From an uncultured Nitrospiraceae bacterium (GTDB lineage Bacteria > Nitrospirota > Thermodesulfovibrionia > Thermodesulfovibrionales > SM23-35), in NCBI GenBank assembly GCA_963727775.1, contig CAVSHB010000004.1, positions 96,001 to 160,000 on the forward strand: a DNA stretch of 64,000 nucleotides, read 5' to 3'. Position numbers and translations under genes: made by a program. The notes under the pieces are model-generated. The model did not search any database. It worked only from the letters and a program-made list of their open reading frames with translations, and was not told the origin of the DNA. Below are positions 1-8,555 of this stretch, piece after piece. Numbering within the stretch: position 1 is the first letter of the stretch; every line of letters starts with the position of its first letter.

Positions 1-290
1 ACCCTACCCCTGCGAGAATATCATCGCTGGTGGACAGGATCATAAACCATATATTCCTCGAAGGCCAACTTGATGAATGCGAGCTTACTCTGAAAGATAT
101 ACATGAGATAAAAAGGCGTTTCACGTTTATCCTTACCGGCATATTCCATAAAAGGATAGATTATCCCGGGTTTGATTTTACAGATGAAAGTCTACATAAA
201 GAACCAACAAAAACTTATAAGGATAAACCAGCAGAGGATAGTATACCTTCTCCGGAAGGCCCTTCGACTGCTCGGTCTCCGCGAGGCTGA
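1..290 (+). CDS. C-terminal end of HD-domain (7TM-HD/PgpH-like) phosphohydrolase, partial at window edge
   Basis: GQLDECELTLKDI...FILTGIFHKRIDYP is the typical 7TM-HD C-terminus; lies upstream of ybeY as is common. Confidence 0.8.
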   Translation, partial: PTPARISSLVDRIINHIFLEGQLDECELTLKDIHEIKRRFTFILTGIFHKRIDYPGFDFTDESLHKEPTKTYKDKPAEDSIPSPEGPSTARSPRG

Positions 291-684
291 ACTCAGCATA
301 CTCCTTGTCAATGACAGGAGGATGAGTAGGCTGAACCTTCAATATCGTGGGCTGGATAAGACCACGGACGTCCTGTCATTTCCCCAGCTGAGCATTGAAG
401 AACTCGGGAGCAAATGCCCGGAAAACAATTGCAAATCTTCCGTGCTTCGAACTTTAAAACTTCAGGCTTCAGACTATAGCTTGCCCCTCGGTGACATTGT
501 CATCAATCTTCATAGGGCACAAAGACAGGCAGAGGAGAATGGGGTCTCCTTTAATGAAGAATTGAAAAGGCTCCTGATACACGGACTTCTCCATCTCATC
601 GGACATGATCATGAAAAAAACCGGTATGCAGAAAGAAAGATGCGGGGCAAAGCAGAAGAACTTTACAAAGCTTTAGGGCTATAG
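184..684 (+). CDS. ybeY: rRNA maturation RNase YbeY
   Basis: LNLQYRGLDKTTDVLSFP, LGDIVI and HGLLHLIGHDH motifs. Confidence 0.95.
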   Translation: MKVYIKNQQKLIRINQQRIVYLLRKALRLLGLREAELSILLVNDRRMSRLNLQYRGLDKTTDVLSFPQLSIEELGSKCPENNCKSSVLRTLKLQASDYSLPLGDIVINLHRAQRQAEENGVSFNEELKRLLIHGLLHLIGHDHEKNRYAERKMRGKAEELYKALGL

Positions 685-706
685 TTTTTTGCGGCATAGC
701 ACAAAA

Positions 707-780
707 TGGAGATCCCAACGAATTCGGCCCCTTGTTCCGGTCAATCGTCCGCCCATTCCGTTTTATTCCGTCCGCCTTTG
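707..780 (+). mobile_element. IS21-like left end (multiple internal repeats), no transposase
   Basis: Starts TG; repeated (T)TCCG/TCGGCC motifs; resembles the reverse complement of 3981-4079. Confidence 0.45.
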
Positions 781-843
781 TTTGTAACACCTGCAAGCAA
801 CGGAAATGACGGAAGCCAAAAAATGATGATTTGCAGAAGAATT

Positions 844-934
844 ATTTAACGACACCCATGAGCAACCGGGCCACAGACATCTGCTCAAAACCAACCAGCT
901 TTATTTCCGGTCTGCCTCGATGGGCTTGTTACCG
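844..934 (-). other. Integron attC site
   Basis: Minus strand CGGTAAC(R'')-aagcccatcgaggcagaccgg...ccggttgctcatgggtgtc-GTTAAAT(R'); starts 2 nt after the stop at 937; R'' complements GTTACCG at the cassette start. Confidence 0.85.
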
Positions 935-936
935 TT

Positions 937-1203
937 TTATATTTTGTTATATTTCGGTTTTAAAACTTTTCGAAGATCTTGCTCAAGCGCCTTACGTTCT
1001 TGTTCATCCGAAATCGGTACGAAATTCCAGCTCGTAAATATTTTGTCAGAGTCTTTTCGCGTATGCTCGGCCACACGCAAAAAGCAATTCCAGCCCTGCC
1101 CTACATAAACCAGTTCGCTATTAAGGAACAAAAAGTACACGCCGGAGCAAGCACCAGAAACATGATGACTCGTTCTTTCAAGTTCTTCAAGATTTGGTTT
1201 CAT
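937..1203 (-). CDS. Small GIY-YIG nuclease-like protein (cassette)
   Basis: SGVYFLF...VYVGQG...LRVAEH...LE...PKYN pattern. Confidence 0.7.
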   Translation of the reverse strand: MKPNLEELERTSHHVSGACSGVYFLFLNSELVYVGQGWNCFLRVAEHTRKDSDKIFTSWNFVPISDEQERKALEQDLRKVLKPKYNKI

Positions 1204-1222
1204 ACAGCTTACTGAGTTAGCC

Positions 1223-1690
1223 TCAACTCTTTTTCCTGTAAATATAAGACCCAGTGAATTCTTTGGCAACAAAATTGCCAGTGAAGTCTATCTCGTCGTA
1301 TGGAGTTTTTGTCCCTTTTTGATTAATTAATTCGTATCCTTCGGCTAATGCATGTTCTATGAGAGCTTTTTCAATTATGCTTATACATTTATTTGAACTC
1401 TGCCCCGGCTTGCATATATATTCGCCGATGACAAGAACCTTTGTGCCATTTTGTGAGTTTTCAATTGCCTTCATCAAGTTTGTTGTATTAAATTGTGAAC
1501 GTATGCGATATGCAAGGTCTCCAGCTTTGCCAATGTAAAGCGGGGTCAGATTTTCACCATATAGCCGACAGAACATATAAATTCCTGGTACCCCTTCAAA
1601 TTTAGACAAGTCCCTTATGTTGTAAATTAGATTCTTCTTTGATCCGTCTTCGAGCGAAAGCGGTTTATGCCAAAACACAGAAAGGCTCAT
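1223..1690 (-). CDS. GIY-YIG nuclease-like protein (cassette)
   Basis: PGIYMF...LYIGKA...RI...IEKALI...LINQKG pattern. Confidence 0.7.
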   Translation of the reverse strand: MSLSVFWHKPLSLEDGSKKNLIYNIRDLSKFEGVPGIYMFCRLYGENLTPLYIGKAGDLAYRIRSQFNTTNLMKAIENSQNGTKVLVIGEYICKPGQSSNKCISIIEKALIEHALAEGYELINQKGTKTPYDEIDFTGNFVAKEFTGSYIYRKKS

Positions 1691-1733
1691 TGTTTTGCGC
1701 TCCTTTTAAGATTAATATTATTCATTTTTGTCG

Positions 1734-1783
1734 CGGTAACATCAAGTTAAGCAGGTGCCACCGCTTGAACGGCTGGGTGGAAT
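1734..1783 (-). other. Integron attC site, short, with degenerate R''
   Basis: Minus strand attccac-ccagccgTTCAAGCggtggcacctGCTTAActtgat-GTTACCG; R'' ends CAC instead of AAC. Confidence 0.75.
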
Positions 1784-1825
1784 TAGCCATCCTTGCCCAG
1801 TAAAGGGGGTCCACTCACCGTTTCC

Positions 1826-2771
1826 TTATTTTGACTCATTAGTTGCAGCTTTGATATGAACACGTAGTTGTTCGAGAAGAAATTCAACATTAAGGTTGCT
1901 ATCTAACTCTCTCCACTCGTCAATGAAGCTTCTTTCTGTTGCGATGGTAATCAGCCCCGCCCCTCTAATGAGCTCATAAAATGCGTTTGTATCTTCAGGT
2001 AGAACAGCTTTACATGTATGAAAATAGTCTAAATCGATATCTATGATATAAGGAACATTAAAAAAATTGTCTGTAAAGAAAGAAGGGTACATTTCCTTCA
2101 TTATAGACAGCTTTTTCATCAAAAGCGCTGATTCAATGGCTTGATTATAATGAGGGATCGTACAGTCATCATTATGAGATTGACGGGGACAACCTATATA
2201 ACACAAATTCTCTACTAAACATGGCGACATAATTTTTGCCGCATAATTACAATGCAACCCTATAATTCATGCCACTTCATGCGACAATTGTTATGACGGT
2301 ATGTTTAAATAGATTTCAGCGTCGGGGTATGTGAATGGCCTTTGAGGGCGCTCAGGGCGAGGGAGCATGCCAATGACGTTATCTCTGTATGGCTGCCTCT
2401 TCATAGGATGAAGGCTCATCGAACGCTGCATCATAGCTTATAATAAATGCCTTTGAAATAATGCCTGCTTTAATTGCGGCATCAATATGTTCGTCGTTTC
2501 TCAGACAAGCTACCGCCTTCTTGACCGAATTAATGTCAGAAAATTTAATGTCAGAGATTAGTTTTTGCGCTAAATCATCATTACACTGGAAGCTATTGGT
2601 GTCAAATGTTGCTGCTGAAAAAGCATTATGAGTATCAGTATGGTGGTCTAAGCTGAGTAGTATGGGTGGTGCATCTCGTTCCTGACGATACAATGCCCAA
2701 CTCGTCAGAACCATCTGATGCTTAGGGAAAATATCAATCTTCTTGTTATTGATAGTAATCTCTTGTCTCAT
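1826..2771 (-). pseudogene. UPF0489-family protein cassette, disrupted by a frameshift near 2380 and a MITE
   Basis: LSLDHHTDTH and LRNDEHID in 2379-2771; IIDIDLDYF in 1826-2257; removing 2218-2307 restores ...EIYL-VENLC... Confidence 0.75.
2218..2305. mobile_element. 88-bp MITE with TA target duplication
   Basis: Terminal inverted repeats AACATGGCGACATAA / AACATACCGTCATAA (reverse complement); TA at 2216-2217 and 2306-2307. Confidence 0.7.
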
Positions 2772-2781
2772 CTTTATTCAA

Positions 2782-2831
2782 AACCAACGACGAGTTGAGC
2801 CGCCATTGGCGGCTCGAACGACTCGTTATAA
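2782..2831 (-). other. Integron attC site (about 50 bp)
   Basis: Minus strand TTATAAC-gagtcgTTCGAGCCGCCaatGGCGGCTCAActcgtc-GTTGGTT directly after the stop at 2833. Confidence 0.9.
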
Positions 2832-2832
2832 C

Positions 2833-3696
2833 CTACTGCGGTAATTGCTTCTGAATGTTATCGACTAGAGTTTGAGCCTGCTTCGTTAGTTGTTTGAAAA
2901 AGGGTTCCATTTTCGCTTTTTGTTCGAAGCACCGGCAATATGCTTTAAAACCCTCATCTTCGTATCTATGCGTGTCGTCGATAGCTTTCTGATCTTTAAG
3001 TTTCGATGCTCGATAAGTGGCGAATGCAGCATCCGATTTCTTCTTGAATTTATCCCACACGTCTTTGCATTCCGCGATTTGATTAATGTTGCTTTGCACC
3101 TCGGCAGATACCATAAATACACGATCGTCATTTGAGAAAAAGACAAAAAGATGTTTTGGTAAGAATAGCCCGATATCCTGTGCCCATAATCCAAGGAATG
3201 TATAGGCAAACGATTTATTATTGGTAGTCCGTACCGGTACATCTGCAAAATGGGTAACAGCTACATCCCAATTAAAAACCAAGCTATAAAATTCTTCAGC
3301 TTTTGCAAGCTTGCCCAATTCTGTGGGCAGTTTTTTGTGCTGTTGCAAATAACTATTCAGCAAATCCGTGGTTGTCACGAATAATAGCTCGTGCTTGGAA
3401 TCGAACCGCAATCCATCGACTTGGCCAAAACCGCCATCCTGGTAAAGGGTTTCTAAATTAATCTTTCCTCGTTTTGGAAAATGTGCGACATCAACGGGGC
3501 CTATTATCAACTGAAGTTGCTTCTCTAATTTTGAGAGGGCTTTTTCATCTGAATTAGCCTCTGGGGCGCTCGCTGTGGAAAATTGATGGATAAATCCATC
3601 ACGTGTATCGAGATATTCATCTCGCGACGACGCGGCCTCGGACTGTCCGGTAATGCATAGCAACAATGAAATAATCGATATGAAGACTTTTATCAT
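2833..3696 (-). CDS. Exported hypothetical protein (cassette)
   Basis: 287-aa ORF with signal peptide; GTTATAC core site at 3715-3721 upstream and attC downstream. Confidence 0.75.
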   Translation of the reverse strand: MIKVFISIISLLLCITGQSEAASSRDEYLDTRDGFIHQFSTASAPEANSDEKALSKLEKQLQLIIGPVDVAHFPKRGKINLETLYQDGGFGQVDGLRFDSKHELLFVTTTDLLNSYLQQHKKLPTELGKLAKAEEFYSLVFNWDVAVTHFADVPVRTTNNKSFAYTFLGLWAQDIGLFLPKHLFVFFSNDDRVFMVSAEVQSNINQIAECKDVWDKFKKKSDAAFATYRASKLKDQKAIDDTHRYEDEGFKAYCRCFEQKAKMEPFFKQLTKQAQTLVDNIQKQLPQ

Positions 3697-3980
3697 GGAT
3701 CATGTCCCTCTTCGGTATAACCAGCCATTAGCTAGTTTATCGAGAATACTCTTTTTGTAATGTTATCTGTCCAGTTGCTGCGACTAATATCCGAAATCTC
3801 ATATTAGTCATCCGGATAATATCGGATTTGTAATGTTAGTCGTACAAAATCTGACTTTCTCATATAGTTTAATTCCGATAATAACTTACACTATTTTAAA
3901 TTTTATGAAAATAACATATTTCAGAAGAGGAAGTTAGTCGCGGGACACGTTTCGGATTAAAGTCGAGATTTCCTCCTCAA

Positions 3981-4079
3981 GGGGTGGCAACTTTGCTCCG
4001 GAACGGGCGGTCGGAACAAACGGAACAGCTGGCCGGAATGAATCAGAATCAAAGGCCGAAATGGTCCGGGAAATGAACA
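3981..4079 (+). mobile_element. IS21-like right end (multiple internal repeats)
   Basis: GGTGGCAACTTTGCTCCGGAA followed by repeated GGCCG/CGGAA motifs, ending CA. Confidence 0.5.
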
Positions 4080-4090
4080 AATCCCAAATT

Positions 4091-4492
4091 TTACAGCATC
4101 GCTATTCGTTTGTCTTTGTACGGCTGGGGCCATTGGTGGGTATCAATCAGCCATATAAGATGCTCAAGCAGGTTCGGCTGGTTGGTAATGTTCGGCTCCT
4201 CATCGAAAAGAACGCCCACGAGATACATATCTTTAAACTTTTTCTGCCAGTCGACTTTGCCTGATATTGTGTCCTCCCGCGTTTTTCCGGCCCTACCGAC
4301 AAATGAGACATTGATACTCACCATCCTGCCTCTTCCTATAGACCGGGATGAATATAGCCCTATCCCTGAAAATGATATATTAGCTATGGTTGCTTCAACA
4401 ACTTTTTTCTCTTTGAGAACCGTAACAGTTGCGCTGCCGAAAAACTGATACCTGTTCCATTTTCGGGCATCTTCAAAGCTTTTCTTTTTCAT
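4091..4492 (-). CDS. PilZ-domain protein
   Basis: RKWNR and NISFSGIG motifs. Confidence 0.8.
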   Translation of the reverse strand: MKKKSFEDARKWNRYQFFGSATVTVLKEKKVVEATIANISFSGIGLYSSRSIGRGRMVSINVSFVGRAGKTREDTISGKVDWQKKFKDMYLVGVLFDEEPNITNQPNLLEHLIWLIDTHQWPQPYKDKRIAML

Positions 4493-4498
4493 ATTTTC

Positions 4499-4645
4499 TC
4501 ATTCCTTTCCGATATCTTTTCTAAAACGTATGCCTTCAAAATGGATTTTCTCTATATTCCGGTAGGCGACATCCCTTGCAGCCGATAAAGTACTGCCTTT
4601 GCCGACTACATGCAGGACCCTGCGCCGTCGGGTACCAGCCCCTTT
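4499..4645 (-). pseudogene. purD: 3' remnant of a purD gene
   Basis: Translates to RVLHVVGKGSTLSAARDVAYRNIEKIHFEGIRFRKDIGKE*, a GARS C-terminus. Confidence 0.75.
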
Positions 4646-4650
4646 TACAC

Positions 4651-4690
4651 TGACCTGCCCCCCGTTATTGTACCACACTCAGAGTGGCAC
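4651..4690 (+). mobile_element. IS3-family-like terminal repeat remnant
   Basis: TGACCTGCCCCCCGTTATTGTACCAC resembles IS3-family ends; lies at the break of the purD remnant. Confidence 0.45.
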
Positions 4691-4782
4691 TTAGAAGGTA
4701 AATGGCTTACAAAGAATGAGACTTATTTGAAAAATGATATAATATGCAAGTTTTGAATTCTTAGGGAAAGGAAACCAAAAAA

Positions 4783-6057
4783 ATGCGCGTATTAATGGTT
4801 GGGCAAGGTGGGCGTGAACATGCCCTGTGTGTAAAGATAGCCAAGTCTCCTTTGTGTGAAGAACTCTTCTGCGCTCCCGGAAATGCTGGTATAAATGAAG
4901 TTGCTAAATGTATTCCTGTATCCTCTGAAAATACAGTAGGGCTGGTTGATTTTTGCAAACAGGCCACGATTGATTTTGTAGTTATTGGACCGGAAAATCC
5001 ATTAGTTGCAGGACTTGCTGACGTCCTTGAGAGCAATGGCATTCCGGTTTTTGGACCATCTAAAATGGCAGCGCAGCTCGAAGGCTCAAAGAGTTTTACA
5101 AAGGAGTTCTGTGTCGCATACAATATTCCAACAGCTGCTTTTGCCAGGTTTACAGGTGCCGCTGGTGCAAAATCTTACATTAGATCGCAGGGAACCCCGA
5201 TTGTCATTAAAGCCAATGGTTTGGCCGCAGGAAAAGGCGTAACCGTAGCTCAGAATTTTGAAGAGGCTTCAGCAGCCGTAGATGCCGCACTGATCGGTAA
5301 TAAGTTTGGGGAGGCGGGTCGGGAAATTGTAATTGAAGAATGTCTTACCGGAAAAGAATTTTCGTTTTTCGCTTTTGTAGACGGCTCAAGCGTTATGCCA
5401 CTTGCAACCGCCCAGGATTATAAACGTGTTGGTGACGGGGATTTGGGACCGAATACCGGTGGGATGGGGGCTTTGTCCCCTGCCTTAGGACTACCGGAAG
5501 GTATAGAGCAAGAGATGATGAAGACTGTAATCCTGCCTACTGTGGAAGGAATGAAAAAAATTGGCAGCCCTTTTAAAGGAATTTTGTATGCAGGAATGAT
5601 GCTTACCGAGGCCGGGCCCAAGCTGATTGAGTATAATGTGCGGTTTGGTGACCCGGAATGTCAGGCGCTTTTGATTCGCATGGATAACGATTTATTACCG
5701 ATTCTGATTGCTACTCATGAGGGCAAACTAGCAGACTTCGAACTTTCATGGGATCAAGATTTTTCTATATGTGTTGTGTTGGCTGCCGAAGGATATCCTG
5801 AAGCGCCCAAGAAAGGAAGTATTATATCTGGCCTTGCGGAAGCGGCTTCCAGTGACCCTGATGTGCAAATTTTACATGCTGCTACCAAATTTGACGGCGA
5901 CAATATAGTCGCTGATGGCGGTCGAGTATTAAATATTGTGGCACATGCCCCAACTATTGACCAGGCCCGCGCCAAAGCTTACGCAGTTGTCAAAAGAATA
6001 CATTGGCCGGAAGGGTTTTGTCGACGCGATATCGGAGCTAGTGTACTGTCCCACTAA
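4783..6057 (+). CDS. purD: Phosphoribosylamine--glycine ligase; last codons supplied by IS630
   Basis: GQGGREHAL, GPENPL, GLAAGKGV, QDYKR, GPNTGGMG and EYNVRFGDPE motifs. Confidence 0.95.
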   Translation: MRVLMVGQGGREHALCVKIAKSPLCEELFCAPGNAGINEVAKCIPVSSENTVGLVDFCKQATIDFVVIGPENPLVAGLADVLESNGIPVFGPSKMAAQLEGSKSFTKEFCVAYNIPTAAFARFTGAAGAKSYIRSQGTPIVIKANGLAAGKGVTVAQNFEEASAAVDAALIGNKFGEAGREIVIEECLTGKEFSFFAFVDGSSVMPLATAQDYKRVGDGDLGPNTGGMGALSPALGLPEGIEQEMMKTVILPTVEGMKKIGSPFKGILYAGMMLTEAGPKLIEYNVRFGDPECQALLIRMDNDLLPILIATHEGKLADFELSWDQDFSICVVLAAEGYPEAPKKGSIISGLAEAASSDPDVQILHAATKFDGDNIVADGGRVLNIVAHAPTIDQARAKAYAVVKRIHWPEGFCRRDIGASVLSH

Positions 6058-7177
6058 AAGCTGGACAATGATTAGTTGTCATGGTAAGCTATATGGCATG
6101 TGGGAAAAAGCAGAAGTTCTGGAGATGACAAAAGAGCAGCGCAGGACATTGGAAGCTTGGAAACGGGCTAAGACCAGCCCTCAGCGAGCAGTACTGCGAG
6201 CGAGTATTTGTCTTTTGGCGGCGGATGGCTTGTCGAACAACGCTATCGCGGCCCAACTGTCCACCTCCCGCCCGACAGTAATCCAATGGCGCAAACGTTT
6301 CGAAGAGCATGGACCGATGGGATTGGCCGAGGACGCACCCCATGGCCCGAGTCCACAGGCTCTTCCGCCGGACCGGGTGAAGGCCATTGTCGAAGCGACT
6401 CTCCACACGACACCTCGCGATGCCACGCAGTGGTCGGTGCGTTCGATGGCAAGGGCTCAGGGAGTCGGCAAGTCCACGGTGCAACGTATATGGGACGCGC
6501 ACGGTCTTCAGCCTCATCGCGTTGAGACATTCAAGTTATCCAAGGACAAGCGGTTTGTTGAAAAACTGACGGACGTGGTGGGAGTGTACTTGAATCCGCC
6601 GGACAAGGCGGTGGTGCTGTGTGTTGACGAGAAGAGCCAAGTTCAAGCGTTGGATCGGACACAACCCGGCTTGCCGATGAAGAAAGGGCGCTGCCGAACC
6701 ATGACCCATGACTATAAGCGCAATGGCACTACGTGTCTGTTCGCGGCGTTGAATGTGCTGGAGGGAAAAGTTATTGGCTCCTGTTATCCGAGGCATCGCA
6801 ACATCGAATTTCGGAAATTCCTGCGACAGATCGACGCCACCGTACCCTCGGAATTGGGCGTCCATATGATTCTGGATAATTATGGTACGCACAACCATCC
6901 CAAGGTTAAAGCATGGCTGAAAAAACATCCCCGATTTCACCTTCATTTCACGCCGACCAGTTCCTCATGGTTGAATCTGGTGGAGAGATGGTTCGGAGAG
7001 ATCACACGGAAACGCATTCGCTGTGGAGTTTTTCGCAGTGTTTCGGAACTTGTTGCGGCAATAGAAGACTTCATCCAGATCAACAACGAGAGTCCCAAGC
7101 CGTTTGTCTGGACGAAAAAGGTCGATGCCATCTTGGAAAAGGTCGTTCATTGTAAAGCCGTTAGTGGGACACTACAC
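6041..7177 (+). mobile_element. IS630-family insertion sequence
   Basis: TIRs GTGTACTGTCCCACTAA / GTGTAGTGTCCCACTAA; CTAG at 6038-6041 and 7177-7180 (TA duplication). Confidence 0.92.
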
Positions 7178-7180
7178 TAG
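6098..7180 (+). CDS. IS630 transposase
   Basis: VDEKSQVQALDR, THDYKRNGT, ILDNYGTH and PTSSSWLNLVERWF motifs. Confidence 0.95.
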   Translation: MWEKAEVLEMTKEQRRTLEAWKRAKTSPQRAVLRASICLLAADGLSNNAIAAQLSTSRPTVIQWRKRFEEHGPMGLAEDAPHGPSPQALPPDRVKAIVEATLHTTPRDATQWSVRSMARAQGVGKSTVQRIWDAHGLQPHRVETFKLSKDKRFVEKLTDVVGVYLNPPDKAVVLCVDEKSQVQALDRTQPGLPMKKGRCRTMTHDYKRNGTTCLFAALNVLEGKVIGSCYPRHRNIEFRKFLRQIDATVPSELGVHMILDNYGTHNHPKVKAWLKKHPRFHLHFTPTSSSWLNLVERWFGEITRKRIRCGVFRSVSELVAAIEDFIQINNESPKPFVWTKKVDAILEKVVHCKAVSGTLH

Positions 7181-7209
7181 TTGAAAGCGTGCGTAAAAGG
7201 CAAATTATG

Positions 7210-7343
7210 TTTACATTAACGGATGGTATGCCCGAAAGTCCGAAAAGTGCCGTCAGATGACAGAGCATTCCCCAGACACGCTCCTTTTTTTCGATGGGAT
7301 TATTGACAATGGAATCTTCAGTGATCTGATTCAGCTCTTGCAT
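7210..7343 (-). pseudogene. Truncated DUF4870-like membrane protein (5' part)
   Basis: ERVWGMLCHLTAL...GIP, after which similarity is lost. Confidence 0.55.
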
Positions 7344-7424
7344 AACGGATGTATTGTATCAAAACAGAAGTTAAAAAGATAACGTACCTCGTATTGCTTT
7401 TCAGGAATTAATGCATGTTAAAAA

Positions 7425-8177
7425 TCAAATCTTTCCCACTACTGCAAGGTAAATTGCAAATTCGTTTTTACCGTCAACATCCAAAAGCTTGTCCATCAAC
7501 TCCTGGTGATAAGCGGCAACAGCGCATGTCCCCCCGCCAATTGCTGCACTGGCTAAATACAGATTCTGGCACACATGTCCAGCATCGAGCGCAATAACCT
7601 TATGGGCCGCAATATGGTACCGCCATTCCATTCGATAAGGTATGGTCGTCCATATAAATATTGCAGGGGCTTTGCCGATAAAAGATTGATAAAACGTCGC
7701 CGTTACGATGTCCTCTGATAAGTTTTCATTTATTGATACGACGAGAAGCTGATGTTCAATCGGCAGATAACGGTAAATCCCCATCGCTGCTCCTGTAACA
7801 TTCAAAAGACATATATAAGTCTCAAGCGCATGGCGACAACCGGCTGAAGGTACGGTCCGAAAAGCTGTGGCTTCATCTTCCCGCTTTCTTATGCCCTGAG
7901 TCGCCCAAAGCAAGAATGATAATTCTTCCAGGGACAACGGCTCTTCCTTAAAATGTCTATGACTTTCTCTATTTTGTATTGCGGAAATAAGATCTATATT
8001 AGCAATGCTATGCAAGTTATCTTTTGTCACCAGTTCAATCCGGTTACCTTTCACGTCATAAGGCTTTTCAATCGGAGGAGGTGATAGCCCTTTTCTTTGA
8101 TCTGTCTGACTGAAATCAATCGTCTGACGTACTGTGTCTTTTAAAAAAGAACGGTATTGCTCCAATAAATTATCCAT
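7425..8177 (-). CDS. SagB/ThcOx-family nitroreductase-like dehydrogenase
   Basis: RESHRHF, FRTVPSAGCRHALETY and LDAGHVCQNLYL motifs. Confidence 0.9.
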   Translation of the reverse strand: MDNLLEQYRSFLKDTVRQTIDFSQTDQRKGLSPPPIEKPYDVKGNRIELVTKDNLHSIANIDLISAIQNRESHRHFKEEPLSLEELSFLLWATQGIRKREDEATAFRTVPSAGCRHALETYICLLNVTGAAMGIYRYLPIEHQLLVVSINENLSEDIVTATFYQSFIGKAPAIFIWTTIPYRMEWRYHIAAHKVIALDAGHVCQNLYLASAAIGGGTCAVAAYHQELMDKLLDVDGKNEFAIYLAVVGKI

Positions 8178-8185
8178 AACACTTC

Positions 8186-8269
8186 TCCTCTTTCTTGACG
8201 TTCGGTGAAGCCATGCTGTGCCGGAGTTGCACAAACGTCTTTGCCCGAAAGGACAGGGAGCTTACCCAA
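8186..8269 (-). pseudogene. hicA: Truncated HicA toxin remnant
   Basis: (M)GKLPVLSGKDVC...HGF...RG overlaps the hicB stop; the catalytic SH and C-terminus are missing. Confidence 0.6.
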
Positions 8270-8483
8270 CAGCAACCTCGACTTGTGTAACAAATATCTC
8301 GCCATGAAGCCGCTGTTTTATCTCTTCAGGAGAGGCGGCTTCAAAAAATAATTCTAATGCCTCCTTGAGGTTATCACGTGCTTGCTCGATGGTATCCCCC
8401 TGGCTTGCTATATAGAGCTCTGGACATAGAGAAACATATCCATCATTTTCTTTTTCTATGATTGCCGTCAGTTTTTGTGTCAT
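8262..8483 (-). CDS. hicB: HicB-family antitoxin
   Basis: YVSLCPEL.IASQGDTIEQARDNLKEALEL. Confidence 0.9.
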   Translation of the reverse strand: MTQKLTAIIEKENDGYVSLCPELYIASQGDTIEQARDNLKEALELFFEAASPEEIKQRLHGEIFVTQVEVAVG

Positions 8484-8555
8484 ATCGCCTCTTTTTGCTT
8501 CTATTATACCTTTAAGTCCTAAGTTACTGAAGTTGTAAATATTCGCGGGACCGGA

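Noticed and set aside
7375..7425. Possible attC after the SagB-family gene (TTTTAAC...GTTATCT, minus strand)
   Set aside because: No convincing L''/L' pairing, and R'' does not complement the upstream core site.
8490..8555. Possible attC closing the Phd-PIN module
   Set aside because: Only an R''-like TTACAAC is present, with no hairpin or R'.
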